Source: an uncultured Candidatus Rokubacteria bacterium
Lineage (GTDB): Bacteria; Methylomirabilota; Methylomirabilia; Rokubacteriales; DASRDR01
Assembly (NCBI GenBank): GCA_963805625.1
Contig: CAWDVE010000017.1
Coordinates: forward strand, 896,001 to 960,000
Direction of reading: 5' to 3'
Length of the DNA: 64,000 bases
The notes below the pieces were generated by a model. That model was not told the origin of the DNA and ran no database searches. It was given only the letters and a program-made list of their open reading frames with translations. The position numbers and the translations under genes are program-made. Below are positions 9,654-18,512 of the stretch, in pieces. Each line of letters starts with the position of its first letter. Positions within the stretch are counted from its first letter, which is position 1.

Positions 9654-10604
9654 ATGCCCGGACGGGTACCGAGCGAGCAGGAGGTCATCGGCTACGTGAA
9701 GACGCTCTCGAACTGGGGGCGCTGGGGTGCCGAGGACGAGCTGGGGACGATCAACCTGATCACTCCGGCCAAGCGGGCGGCGGCCGCGCGGCTGGTGCGG
9801 GACGGGGTCGCCGTGACCGGCGCCCGGCCGATCGTCACGGACATCACACCCGACACGACCTTCCAGTTCATGCGCTTCATGGTGGACAGCGGTGAGGGCC
9901 GCGACACGGCGCCGCCCGGGCGACTGCAGGCGCGCCGCGGCGCCGGCGAGTTCATCGGCATGGTCTTCCACGGATACACGGTGACCCACATCGACACGCC
10001 CGCCCACTTCTTCTGGGAGGGGAAGCTCTACAACGGCCGCTCCTGCAACCTGATCACCTCTCGCGAGGGGGCGACGGTCGAGGCGGTCGAGCTGCTCCAC
10101 GACGGCGTGGTCAGCCGAGGCATCCTTCTGGATGTCGCGCGCACGCGGGGCGTGCCGTGGCTCGGTCCGGGAGAGGGGGTCATGCCCGAGGACCTCGAGG
10201 CCGCCGAGCGGGCGGCCGGTGTCGGCGTCGAGCCCGGTGACATCCTGATGGTCCGCACGGGCTACTATGCGCGCCGGCTCGCCGAAGGGCCGGCGCACCC
10301 GATGCAGGCGGGGTCGCCGGGGCCGCACGCGGCCCTGTTGCCGTGGCTGAAGGAGCGGGGTGTGGCCGTCTGGGGGAGCGACACCCACAACGACGTGACG
10401 CCCACGCCCTATCCCGCGATGGGCAGCCCCTTCCACATCGGCGCGCTCGTGGGCCTGGGCCTCTGGCTCATCGACAACATGAACCTCGAGGACATCGCCA
10501 AGGCGTGCGCCGCCCGCGCCCGCTGGGAGTTCCTCCTGACGCTGGCGCCGCTCCGGCTTCGGAACGTGACGGGGTCGCCGCTGAACCCGATCGCGCTCTT
10601 CTGA
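9654..10604 (+). CDS. Cyclase-family metal-dependent hydrolase
   Basis: SNWGRWGAEDELGTIN, HGYTVTHIDTPAH, GSPLNPIALF. Confidence 0.92.
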   Translation: MPGRVPSEQEVIGYVKTLSNWGRWGAEDELGTINLITPAKRAAAARLVRDGVAVTGARPIVTDITPDTTFQFMRFMVDSGEGRDTAPPGRLQARRGAGEFIGMVFHGYTVTHIDTPAHFFWEGKLYNGRSCNLITSREGATVEAVELLHDGVVSRGILLDVARTRGVPWLGPGEGVMPEDLEAAERAAGVGVEPGDILMVRTGYYARRLAEGPAHPMQAGSPGPHAALLPWLKERGVAVWGSDTHNDVTPTPYPAMGSPFHIGALVGLGLWLIDNMNLEDIAKACAARARWEFLLTLAPLRLRNVTGSPLNPIALF

Positions 10605-10715
10605 GCGTGGCGCGCCTCCACTGAGCGCGGGCCCGCGCGGCCGGCGGTCCAGTTACCCATCGTCATGGTCCGCGCTCTCGTCAATGGAAGCCCACCCAAG
10701 CGTCAGGCCAACCCG

Positions 10716-10978
10716 GTTCCAGGCTAGAGGCGCTCGATCTCGACGCGGTTGTCGTGAAAGACGGCGCCGCCGCCCATGTCGGCGTCTCGCTCGTCCACGG
10801 TGGCGTTGACGGTCGCGCGTCCTTCGACAGCCGCGGCCAGCGCCCCTTGGTGCTGGCGATCACGCCCGGCCGGACCCGTGGGGTCACCTCGACCTGCGCG
10901 ACGAACGCGCCGCGGTCGTTGAAGACACGGGTCTCGCAGCCGGTCTCGAGCCGCCGGGGCGTCGCGTCCTCGGGGTGG
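10716..10978 (-). repeat. Displaced duplicate of the 3' end of the molybdopterin oxidoreductase gene (copy of 11775-12038)
   Basis: Near-identical over ~263 bp, with scattered substitutions and a 1-nt deletion near 10826 (ggtcgcgcgt vs ggtcgcaccgt) that frameshifts this copy. Confidence 0.93.
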
Positions 10979-11034
10979 CGGGTCCCGTCCCGCACGGGAA
11001 TTCGCAGGTCGCGCTCGATCCGGACGTCGTCCAT
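10979..11034 (-). pseudogene. N-terminal remnant resembling CocE/NonD hydrolases, fused to the duplicated fragment
   Basis: GGAGG RBS and MDDVRIERDLRIPVRDGT, the characteristic CocE/NonD start, joined directly to HPEDA of the Mo-enzyme fragment. Confidence 0.55.
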
Positions 11035-11121
11035 CGCGCTCTATCGCCCTCCTCGGCACACGGCGTGGGGGACAGCGCTCGGACGCGGAGTATCGGGCCT
11101 CGGCGCGCGTGAGACATCTCC

Positions 11122-11142
11122 GAGATGAACGTGAGATGAACG
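11122..11142. promoter_or_regulatory. Direct repeat with 11-bp period (candidate winged-helix response regulator site)
   Basis: GAGATGAACG-t-GAGATGAACG in the divergent intergenic region. Confidence 0.4.
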
Positions 11143-11251
11143 GAGAGCCCTGTAGAAGATTTCCCCGCCACGGAAGCCTTGACTCGTCTATCCTGGTTGC
11201 CCAGGAACTACCCGATAAGGTTCCCAGTACACTTTTCAGAGGGAGGCTACC

Positions 11252-11626
11252 ATGAGAGCGTCTTTCATGGCGCTGCTTCTAGTGTTCGGAATCGCGGCCA
11301 TCGCAAATGGCCAGGGGGTCCGAGAAATCGAGATTCACGCCGAGAAGGTGGGGGACGTCGTCCACTGGATGCCTGAAAAGATTGAAGTCGTTCCGGGAGA
11401 GACCGTACTGTTTGTCCTCAACCACACACTGGAAGGGGGCTTCGCCTTTCACGGGATTGAGATCGAGCCGCTCCAGATAGAAGTGAAGGTGGAGAGAAAC
11501 AAGCCCTTGAAGATCGAACGGCAGATTCCGCTGACCTTAAAGCCTGGTGAATACCCTATCGGATGCCAGTACCATCCGAAACACGTACCGGCGACATTGG
11601 TCGTGAAAGAGCCGAAGGCCTCTTAA
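11252..11626 (+). CDS. Secreted cupredoxin-domain protein, nitrosocyanin-like
   Basis: GGAGG RBS, signal peptide, PEKIEVVPGETV, FHG, GEYPIGCQYHPKHVPATLVV (Cys-x2-His-x2-His). Visibly more AT-rich than its neighbours. Confidence 0.85.
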   Translation: MRASFMALLLVFGIAAIANGQGVREIEIHAEKVGDVVHWMPEKIEVVPGETVLFVLNHTLEGGFAFHGIEIEPLQIEVKVERNKPLKIERQIPLTLKPGEYPIGCQYHPKHVPATLVVKEPKAS

Positions 11627-11782
11627 GGCTAGATTGGCCCGGGTAATCCACGAGCGGGCTCCCGGCTGAATGCCGGTGATCGAAAGCCCGTCGCTCGCCC
11701 CCTCGTGCCCCTGGTTTCGCCGCTTCCGGCGTGTCCTCGCTCCGGCGCGCGCTTACCCGGTGGCCGCGGGCCCCGTTCCAGG

Positions 11783-13852
11783 CTAGAGGCGCTCGATCTC
11801 GACCCGGTTGTCGTGAAAGACGGCGCCACCGCCCATGTCGGCGTCTCGCTCATCCACGGTGGCGTTGACGGTCGCACCGTCCTTCGACAGCCGCGGCCAG
11901 CGCCCCTTGGTGCTGGCGACCACGCCCGGCCGGACCCGCGGGGTCACCTCGACCTGCGCGACGAACGCGCCGCGATCGTTGAAGACGCGGGTCTCGCAGC
12001 CGGTCTCGAGCCGCCGGGGCGTCGCGTCCTCGGGGTGGACGCGGATGGTCGTCGGGCCGGAGCGCCGCGTCTGGGCGGGGACGTTCGCGAACACCGAGTT
12101 CACGAAGTAGTGGTCGGCGCCCGCGATCAGAGCCAGCGGGTACCGGGCGGCCAGCGGCGTGCCGCGCTGGGCCGCCTCGTAGGGCGGCGTGTAGCCCGCG
12201 AGCGGGTCGAGCCCCGCCCCGGTCATGCGAGCGGTGTAGAACTCGAGCTTTCCGGACGGCGACGGGAAGCCGTCGGCGAACGGTACGAACGGCTCCGGGA
12301 CGGCGAGCCGCATCCAGCCTCGCTTCCTCAGGGCGTCGAACGTGATGCCGCAGAGCGACGGGTGATCCGAGTCGAGAAGCTGGCGTGCCAGCTCCTCGTC
12401 ACTGTCGTACAGGCAGGGCACGTCCAGACCCAGGCGCCGCGCTAGACGCCGGAAGATCTCGGTGGTGGGCAGGCACTCCCCGGGCGGCGCCACCGCGGGC
12501 TCGTTCCACGAGATGTAGAGGTGCCCGTACGAGATCTGGACGTCCGCATGTTCGAGCTGCATCGTAGCGGGGAGCACGATATCCGCGTAGTCGACGGTGT
12601 CCGTCCGGAAGTGCTCGACGACCACCGTGAAGAGGTCGGGCCGCGCGAGCCCCCGCCGGATCTTCGTCTGGTGCGGCACGCTGGCGGCCGGGTTGCTCGC
12701 GTAGACGAACAAGGCCTTGACCGGCGGGTCCGTGACCTCGAGAAGGCCTTCGCCGAGCCGGGTCATGCTCAGCGCGCGCGCGGCGGTCTTCCGCAGATCG
12801 TCTCGATAGAGCTGCGCCCAGTTCACGCCGAAGAAGCCGCGTGTGTCGTAGCCAGCGCCGCCGCCGGGATATCGCCAGTCGCCGGTGACGCCCGGGATGC
12901 AGGTGATGGTCCGCACGGCCATCCCACCGCCGCCGTGTCGCTGGAGCCCCATCGTCACCCGGATGCCCGTGGGGCGCGTGCGGGCGATCCGCTTCCCCAG
13001 CTCCACGATCGCGTTGACGGGGAGGCCGCAGATCTCGGCGACGCGAGCCGGCGGGTAGTCCCGGATGCGCCGGCGGAACGCGTCCCAGCCGAGGGTGTGG
13101 CGGTCGATGAAGTCGCGATCCTGTGCGCCCTCGCTCAGCACGACGTGCAGGAGTCCGAGCGCCAGCGCGGCGTCGGTCCCGGGCACGGGCGCCAGGTGGC
13201 TGTCCGCGGCTTCGGCGGTGCGTGTCCGGGTCGGGTCGATCACCACCAGGTGGGCACCGTTCCGACGCGCCGTCGTGATGGGGCGCCAGAGGTGATGGTT
13301 GGTGCTCAGCGTGTTGCTGCCCCAGAGGATGATGAGCTTCGAGAAGCGGAGGGTCTCGGGATCCATGCCCACGCGGTTGTCGCCGAGCGTGTAGCCGGTT
13401 CCCACCCCGCCCGCGATCGTGCAGATCGTCATGAGGTGCCGGGAGGTGCCGACGACGTTCCAGAGCCGGCGCCCCGCGCCGTAGACGCCCTGGAGGAGCC
13501 CCATGCTGCCCGAGCCCACGTACGGCCATATGGCTTCAGCGCCGAACTCGCGGATGACGCTGCCCAGCCGCTCGGCGATCTCGTCGAGCGCCCCGTCCCA
13601 AGAGATCCGCTCGAAGTCGCCGGCCCCCTTCGGGCCGACGCGCCGCATCGGGTACAGGAGGCGCCCGGGGGACTGCGTGTACGCGACATAGTCGTCGAGC
13701 TTGTTGCACAGGACGCCGCGCGTGAAGGGGTGATCGGCATCGCCCTCGAGCCGCACGGCGCGGCCATCGCGCACGGTGACCACCCAGCTACAGGTGTCCG
13801 GGCAGTCCATCGGGCAGGCCCCGGGGATCCGCTGCTCGCCGCTCGCCGTCAT
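11783..13852 (-). CDS. Molybdopterin (bis-MGD) oxidoreductase family protein
   Basis: N-terminal CPMDCPDTC...LCNK Fe-S motif, RISWD, DYADIVLPA, C-terminal dinucleotide-binding domain (HPEDA...FHDNRVEI). Confidence 0.93.
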   Translation of the reverse strand: MTASGEQRIPGACPMDCPDTCSWVVTVRDGRAVRLEGDADHPFTRGVLCNKLDDYVAYTQSPGRLLYPMRRVGPKGAGDFERISWDGALDEIAERLGSVIREFGAEAIWPYVGSGSMGLLQGVYGAGRRLWNVVGTSRHLMTICTIAGGVGTGYTLGDNRVGMDPETLRFSKLIILWGSNTLSTNHHLWRPITTARRNGAHLVVIDPTRTRTAEAADSHLAPVPGTDAALALGLLHVVLSEGAQDRDFIDRHTLGWDAFRRRIRDYPPARVAEICGLPVNAIVELGKRIARTRPTGIRVTMGLQRHGGGGMAVRTITCIPGVTGDWRYPGGGAGYDTRGFFGVNWAQLYRDDLRKTAARALSMTRLGEGLLEVTDPPVKALFVYASNPAASVPHQTKIRRGLARPDLFTVVVEHFRTDTVDYADIVLPATMQLEHADVQISYGHLYISWNEPAVAPPGECLPTTEIFRRLARRLGLDVPCLYDSDEELARQLLDSDHPSLCGITFDALRKRGWMRLAVPEPFVPFADGFPSPSGKLEFYTARMTGAGLDPLAGYTPPYEAAQRGTPLAARYPLALIAGADHYFVNSVFANVPAQTRRSGPTTIRVHPEDATPRRLETGCETRVFNDRGAFVAQVEVTPRVRPGVVASTKGRWPRLSKDGATVNATVDERDADMGGGAVFHDNRVEIERL

Positions 13853-13891
13853 CGCCTCGTGTCTCCCCGCGATCCGACGATATCATGCGCG

Positions 13892-14070
13892 AGTGACCCT
13901 GGTGGGGACTCCCACGAGCCGTGTCCTCGGCGCGACCGTCGTCTGGCTCGCTCTTGGCGCGGCGCCGCCACCGGCGTCCTGGCGGCTGTCCCGTCGCCGT
14001 TCCCCCAGCTCGCTCTCCTCGCGCTCGTGGCCGTGCTGCTGGTGCTCTTCCGCCGATCCGCACGCCTTCG
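13892..14070 (+). pseudogene. Frameshifted membrane-protein remnant
   Basis: RVLGATVVWLALGAA, then in another frame ATGVLAAVPSPFPQLALLALVAVLLVLFRRSARLR; no continuation. Confidence 0.3.
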
Positions 14071-14153
14071 CGCCCCGGAGAAGACGAGCGCGGGGCCGAA
14101 CACGCCTCCCGGCGCGCTCGAGAGAATCTCGGCGAGGACGCCCCTCTGTTCCC

Positions 14154-14558
14154 TCACCCGGTGAGCACCATCTGCGTCTGGATGGTGAGGGAGAGCAGCC
14201 GGCCGCCCGCGTCCGTGACCCGCGTCTGCCAGACCATGGTTCGCCGGCCGCGATGGAGACACGTCGCTTCTGCGCGCACCGTGCCGCCGCGGCCCGCCGC
14301 GAGGAAGTTGGTCTTCGACTCCAGCGTGGCGGTCGTGGCGCCCGGCGGCAGGTTCAGCATCGTGGCGGCGGCTCCGGCCGTGTCGGCGAGCGCCATCAGG
14401 GTGCCGCCGTGGACCGCGCCGCCGACAGTCGTCAGGGCGTCCCGGACCGGGAGCTCCGCCACGACGCGATCGAGGCTCGCCTCGACGAACCGGACGCCGA
14501 GGAGATCGGCCAGGGTCCCGCGGAGACGCTCGGTGAGGTCTGCCGGATCAATGCTCAT
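14154..14558 (-). CDS. PaaI-family thioesterase (hotdog fold)
   Basis: GAVHGGTLMALADT, TLESKTNFL, HRGRRTMVW. Confidence 0.92.
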   Translation of the reverse strand: MSIDPADLTERLRGTLADLLGVRFVEASLDRVVAELPVRDALTTVGGAVHGGTLMALADTAGAAATMLNLPPGATTATLESKTNFLAAGRGGTVRAEATCLHRGRRTMVWQTRVTDAGGRLLSLTIQTQMVLTG

Positions 14559-14664
14559 GCCGGTCCTCCACTCGACACGCCCGCATGGTGCGGCGTGCCG
14601 TCTCCCGACTCAATTACCTCCGAGGTAATGGCCGTCGGCGGGCGGCCGTTGTAGAGTCCCCGGC

Positions 14665-15495
14665 ATGGCGGGTTCCGGGCGGGCGGTTCGGCCTGACGGG
14701 GAGAGCACCTTCGGCCGGGCGCTTCGCGAGTGGCGAACGCGCCGCGGGCTGAGCCAGCTCGCCCTCGCCGGCGACGCCGGCATCTCGTCTCGGCACTTGA
14801 GCTTCGTCGAGACGGGACGGGCGCAGGCGAGCCGAGAGATGGTGCTCCTCCTGGCGCGCGCCCTGGACGTTCCGCTGCGCGACCGCAACGACCTCCTGTC
14901 GGCTGCCGGCTACGCACCGGTGTACCGCGCAACGGCGCTCGAGGCCCCGGCGCTCGGGCAGGCGCGCCGCGCGCTCGATTTCGTCATGCGGCAGCAGGAG
15001 CCCTATCCGGCGATCGTGATCGACCGGCACTGGGACATCCTGCAGACGAACGGCGGCACCGCGCGTCTGGTCGAGCTGTTCCTCGAGCCGTCGGTACCGG
15101 GCGAGCTCGGGCTGAACGCCATGCGCCTCATGCTGCACCCGCGCGGGTTCCGTCCGCACATCGTCAACTGGGAGGCGATGGCCGCAGCGCTGATCCAGTG
15201 GCTTCACCGGGACGTCCTCAGTGGTCTCGGTGATGCCGGGACGCGGCGGCTCCTCGACGAGCTCTTGACGTATCCCGGCGTGCCGCGCCACTGGGGCCGA
15301 CTCGACCTCGACGTCTCCACGGACCCGTTCCTGCCGATCGAGTTCCGCCGGGGCGACGTCGAGCTTCGCTACTTCTCGATGCTGACCAGCCTGGGAACGC
15401 CGCACGACATCACGCTCCAGGAGCTCAGGATCGAATCCTTTTTCCCGGCCGATCCGGCCACGGAGGACGCCGCCCGCCGTCTCGCGTCCCCCTGA
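14665..15495 (+). CDS. XRE/MmyB-family transcriptional regulator
   Basis: HTH LSQLALA..ISSRHLSFVETGR plus MmyB-like ligand domain (EPYPAIVIDRHW, ELRIESFFPAD). Confidence 0.92.
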   Translation: MAGSGRAVRPDGESTFGRALREWRTRRGLSQLALAGDAGISSRHLSFVETGRAQASREMVLLLARALDVPLRDRNDLLSAAGYAPVYRATALEAPALGQARRALDFVMRQQEPYPAIVIDRHWDILQTNGGTARLVELFLEPSVPGELGLNAMRLMLHPRGFRPHIVNWEAMAAALIQWLHRDVLSGLGDAGTRRLLDELLTYPGVPRHWGRLDLDVSTDPFLPIEFRRGDVELRYFSMLTSLGTPHDITLQELRIESFFPADPATEDAARRLASP

Positions 15496-15656
15496 CGGAC
15501 GACATCCCCGTCGCGGGGTCCTGCGGCCGTGTGCCAAGCTCGTCGGGCTCCGGGCCTCCGGGTCGGTCGGGTCTCGCAAGCTGCCGGGTTACGCACGGTT
15601 GTCGACGGGACGCCCGGGGGGACGGGCCGGCTCCCCGCGCGGGCCGAGGGACCGAG

Positions 15657-16664
15657 CTACCGGACGGGCGTCCAGGCGCCCCCGTGGCGCGCGGACTCGG
15701 TGGCGGCGAGCGCGATCCGGAGCGCCATGAGCCCGTCGTACCCGGTGGGGCTGACCGGTTTCCCGCCCCGCACCGCCTCCACGAACCCCTGGAGCTCCGC
15801 GGCGTAGGCCTGGGCGAACCGCTCCGGGAAGTACGGCACGTAGTCGTGGTGGGCGCCCGCCCGGTCGTAGCGGGTGATGGGCGTGTGCCGCTCGTAGCCC
15901 ACCTTGAGGCCGCCGTGGTCCCCGAGCACCTCGGTGTGGATGTCGTAGCCGTACCCGGCCTGGCGCGAGTTGACGATGGAGCCGAGCGCCCCCGACGCGA
16001 ACCGGAGCGTCAGGACCGTGGTGTCCCAGTCGTTCACCGCGCGGAATGCCTCCGCCTGCGGCCCGAGGGCCGTTCCCACCGCGGACACGCTTTCCACCTC
16101 GGAGCCGGTGAGGAAGCGGGCGACGTCGATGTCGTGGATGGTCATGTCCACGAACTGGCCGCCGCACGTCGGGATGTAGTGCGGGGGCGGGGGATAGGGA
16201 TCGTGGCTCACCGACCGGAGGAGGTGGAGGCGCCCGATCTCACCGGCCGCGATGCGGCGGCGCGCATCGGCAAAGCCGGTGTCGAAACGCCGCTGGAAGC
16301 CGATCTGGAGCGGCACCCCGCACTCCTTCACCACGGTGAGGGCCCGCTCCGTCGAGGGAACGTCGAGCGCGATGGGCTTCTCGCAGAAGATGGCCTTTCT
16401 CGCGCGGGCCGCCGCCTCGATCTGCTCGGCGTGGGCGCCCGTCGGGGTGACGATCACCACGGCTTCTACCTCGCGGTCGAGGATGGCCTCGCGGGGGTCG
16501 GCGACCGTCCGCGCGCCGTAACGGGCGCCCAGCTCCCGGGCCGCCGGCGCCGGGTCGGCGACCATGGCGAGGTATACCTCCGGAAGGCTGGCCAGGGTGC
16601 GGGCGTGGGCGGCGCCGAGCCGACCCGCTCCCAGCAGCGCGACGCCGAGCCGGCTGGCGGCCAT
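15657..16664 (-). CDS. Gfo/Idh/MocA oxidoreductase (inositol 2-dehydrogenase-like)
   Basis: GAGRLG, CEKP, GFQRRFD, DMTIHDID; ATG abuts the upstream gene's stop. Confidence 0.9.
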   Translation of the reverse strand: MAASRLGVALLGAGRLGAAHARTLASLPEVYLAMVADPAPAARELGARYGARTVADPREAILDREVEAVVIVTPTGAHAEQIEAAARARKAIFCEKPIALDVPSTERALTVVKECGVPLQIGFQRRFDTGFADARRRIAAGEIGRLHLLRSVSHDPYPPPPHYIPTCGGQFVDMTIHDIDVARFLTGSEVESVSAVGTALGPQAEAFRAVNDWDTTVLTLRFASGALGSIVNSRQAGYGYDIHTEVLGDHGGLKVGYERHTPITRYDRAGAHHDYVPYFPERFAQAYAAELQGFVEAVRGGKPVSPTGYDGLMALRIALAATESARHGGAWTPVR

Positions 16665-17722
16665 CAGCGTACCCTCCCGCGCGCGGCGACTGGCCACACC
16701 ACCTCGATCCGGTCCCCGCGGACGCCCACGAGCTCGTCCATCATGTTGGACACCACGCAGCAATGATTCGGCACCACGTTGACCACCTCGCCGATGTGGG
16801 GCCGCTCGCGGCACTGGGAGAGGTCCACCACGCCGTGCTCCTCGGAGAGCCCCGTGATCGCGGCCTCCGGATACTCGAGGACGTGTCCGTAGCCCGGCAT
16901 CCCGTACTGATCCGACGTCACGACCTTCGTGCCGCAGTCCAGGATCGCCCGCGTGTCGTTGGGCCGGCTGACGACCGTCGCGCGGATCCGCATCGCGCAG
17001 CTCGCCCAGGTTGCCGTGCCCGAGCGGACCGTCGCCGCGTCGTTGAAGACGCAGGTGCCGGCGCGGTGCTCGGTCAGCATCGGGAAGTGCTGGACGCTGA
17101 AGAGGGCGGGCGTGCCCCCTCCGGATACGACCGGCACCGGGATGCCCGCGCGCTTGAACAGCTCGAGCGCCCGGTCGAAGAAGACCCGGGTGTCGGGGTC
17201 GCGGTTGGGGAACGTCATCAGGCCCTGGAAGTCCATTCGCGGGAGCTTCATGACCGCCTGCGCGAGATCGTAGGCAGCCTGCGGCGTCTGCACGCCGTTC
17301 CGTGCGCCCCCCGTGTCGCACTCGATGACGAAGCGAACGTCCAGCCCGTGCCGCGCCCCCGCCTCCGAGAGACCCCGCGCTACGACCTCGTTGTCGAGCA
17401 CCACCGTCAACCGCTCGACGCGGCGCGCGACCGCCATCAGGCGGTCGAGCTTCGGGCGGCCGAGAACGTTGTACGTGAGCATGACATCGGGCGCGACACC
17501 GTGATCGGCGAACACCTCGACCTCGCCGATCTTCTGGCAGACGATCCCGCTCGCGCCGCCGGCGAGCTGCATCCGCCCGATCGCGGGGATCTTGTGCGTC
17601 TTGATGTGCGCCCGGTTCCCGATGCCGTGGCGGTCGAGGTGGGCCTGCACACGGCGGATGTTGTCCTCCATCACGTCGAGGTGGATCGTGACCACCGGGG
17701 TATCGAGATCCTGGACCTTCAT
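16664..17722 (-). CDS. D-threonine aldolase / DSD1-family PLP enzyme (alanine racemase fold)
   Basis: LDTP, RAHIKTHK (PLP lysine), SGGGTP, LSEEHG, PNHCC. Confidence 0.9.
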   Translation of the reverse strand: MKVQDLDTPVVTIHLDVMEDNIRRVQAHLDRHGIGNRAHIKTHKIPAIGRMQLAGGASGIVCQKIGEVEVFADHGVAPDVMLTYNVLGRPKLDRLMAVARRVERLTVVLDNEVVARGLSEAGARHGLDVRFVIECDTGGARNGVQTPQAAYDLAQAVMKLPRMDFQGLMTFPNRDPDTRVFFDRALELFKRAGIPVPVVSGGGTPALFSVQHFPMLTEHRAGTCVFNDAATVRSGTATWASCAMRIRATVVSRPNDTRAILDCGTKVVTSDQYGMPGYGHVLEYPEAAITGLSEEHGVVDLSQCRERPHIGEVVNVVPNHCCVVSNMMDELVGVRGDRIEVVWPVAARGRVR

Positions 17723-17938
17723 GCGCGCCCTCCTGGGTGCGAAGCGGCGGCGGAGCCGCATTCGGCCGAGGCCGCCGTCCCGTCGGGGCGGCTTGCCGGC
17801 GACCCAAGCATGCGATGCGGGCGGCCGTGCCATCAAGGGGCTCTCGCGGGCCGGGCGGGCCGGCGCGCTTGACACTCGAAAGGCCTCCGCCCAGCATTGG
17901 GGGACGCGAGGGCATCTGCCGAGTCTAAGGAGAGCCAC

Positions 17939-18502
17939 ATGGACAGAAGATGGGGATGGCTTCGACTGCTGATCGCCGTTGCCGTCACGGGGCTCGCCGG
18001 GGGACCGGCTGTGGCCGCCGACCGGGAGATCCGGAGCGACCTCGACGTCCGCGCGCTTTACGAGCGCCTGAGCCCCGGCATGTCCTCTCAGGAGGTCGCG
18101 TCCCTGGCCGGAGGTCAGCTCGGGATGACGCCCGAGCCCGTGACGACCTGGCTCCTCTGGAGCCCGACGCCAGACGGGAAGGGCATGGCAGTTCTCCGGG
18201 CCGCTTTCCAGGATGCGCGCATCATTCGGCTGGAGTACGAGGCGTTCGGCGCCGAGTACCGCCGTCTCGTCAAGGGTGCGGATCCGTGGATCGAAATTGC
18301 CGGCGACGAGCTCGCGCGGATCTGGCGACAGTCCTGGCGGGTCGGCCGGGCGGCCGAAAGCTGCCAGCACGCCCTCGACGTCTACCATCACGTGGTCCAG
18401 GGGGCCCAGGAGCGTCTGACGTTCGAGGAGCAGCGGGAATGGGCTCGGGCCCTCCAGCTGCGCCAAGAGGCGGAGCGCCACCTCCTGTCAACGGGTCCCT
18501 AG
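17939..18502 (+). CDS. Secreted hypothetical protein
   Basis: AAGGAG RBS, signal peptide ending AVA-A, LYERLSPGMSSQEV motif. Upstream TTGACA(17869)-17-CAGCAT. Confidence 0.7.
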   Translation: MDRRWGWLRLLIAVAVTGLAGGPAVAADREIRSDLDVRALYERLSPGMSSQEVASLAGGQLGMTPEPVTTWLLWSPTPDGKGMAVLRAAFQDARIIRLEYEAFGAEYRRLVKGADPWIEIAGDELARIWRQSWRVGRAAESCQHALDVYHHVVQGAQERLTFEEQREWARALQLRQEAERHLLSTGP

Positions 18503-18512
18503 AGCCAGCGCC

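Noticed and set aside
10716-12038. IS element or prophage explaining the duplication
   Set aside because: No transposase, integrase or terminal inverted repeats seen.
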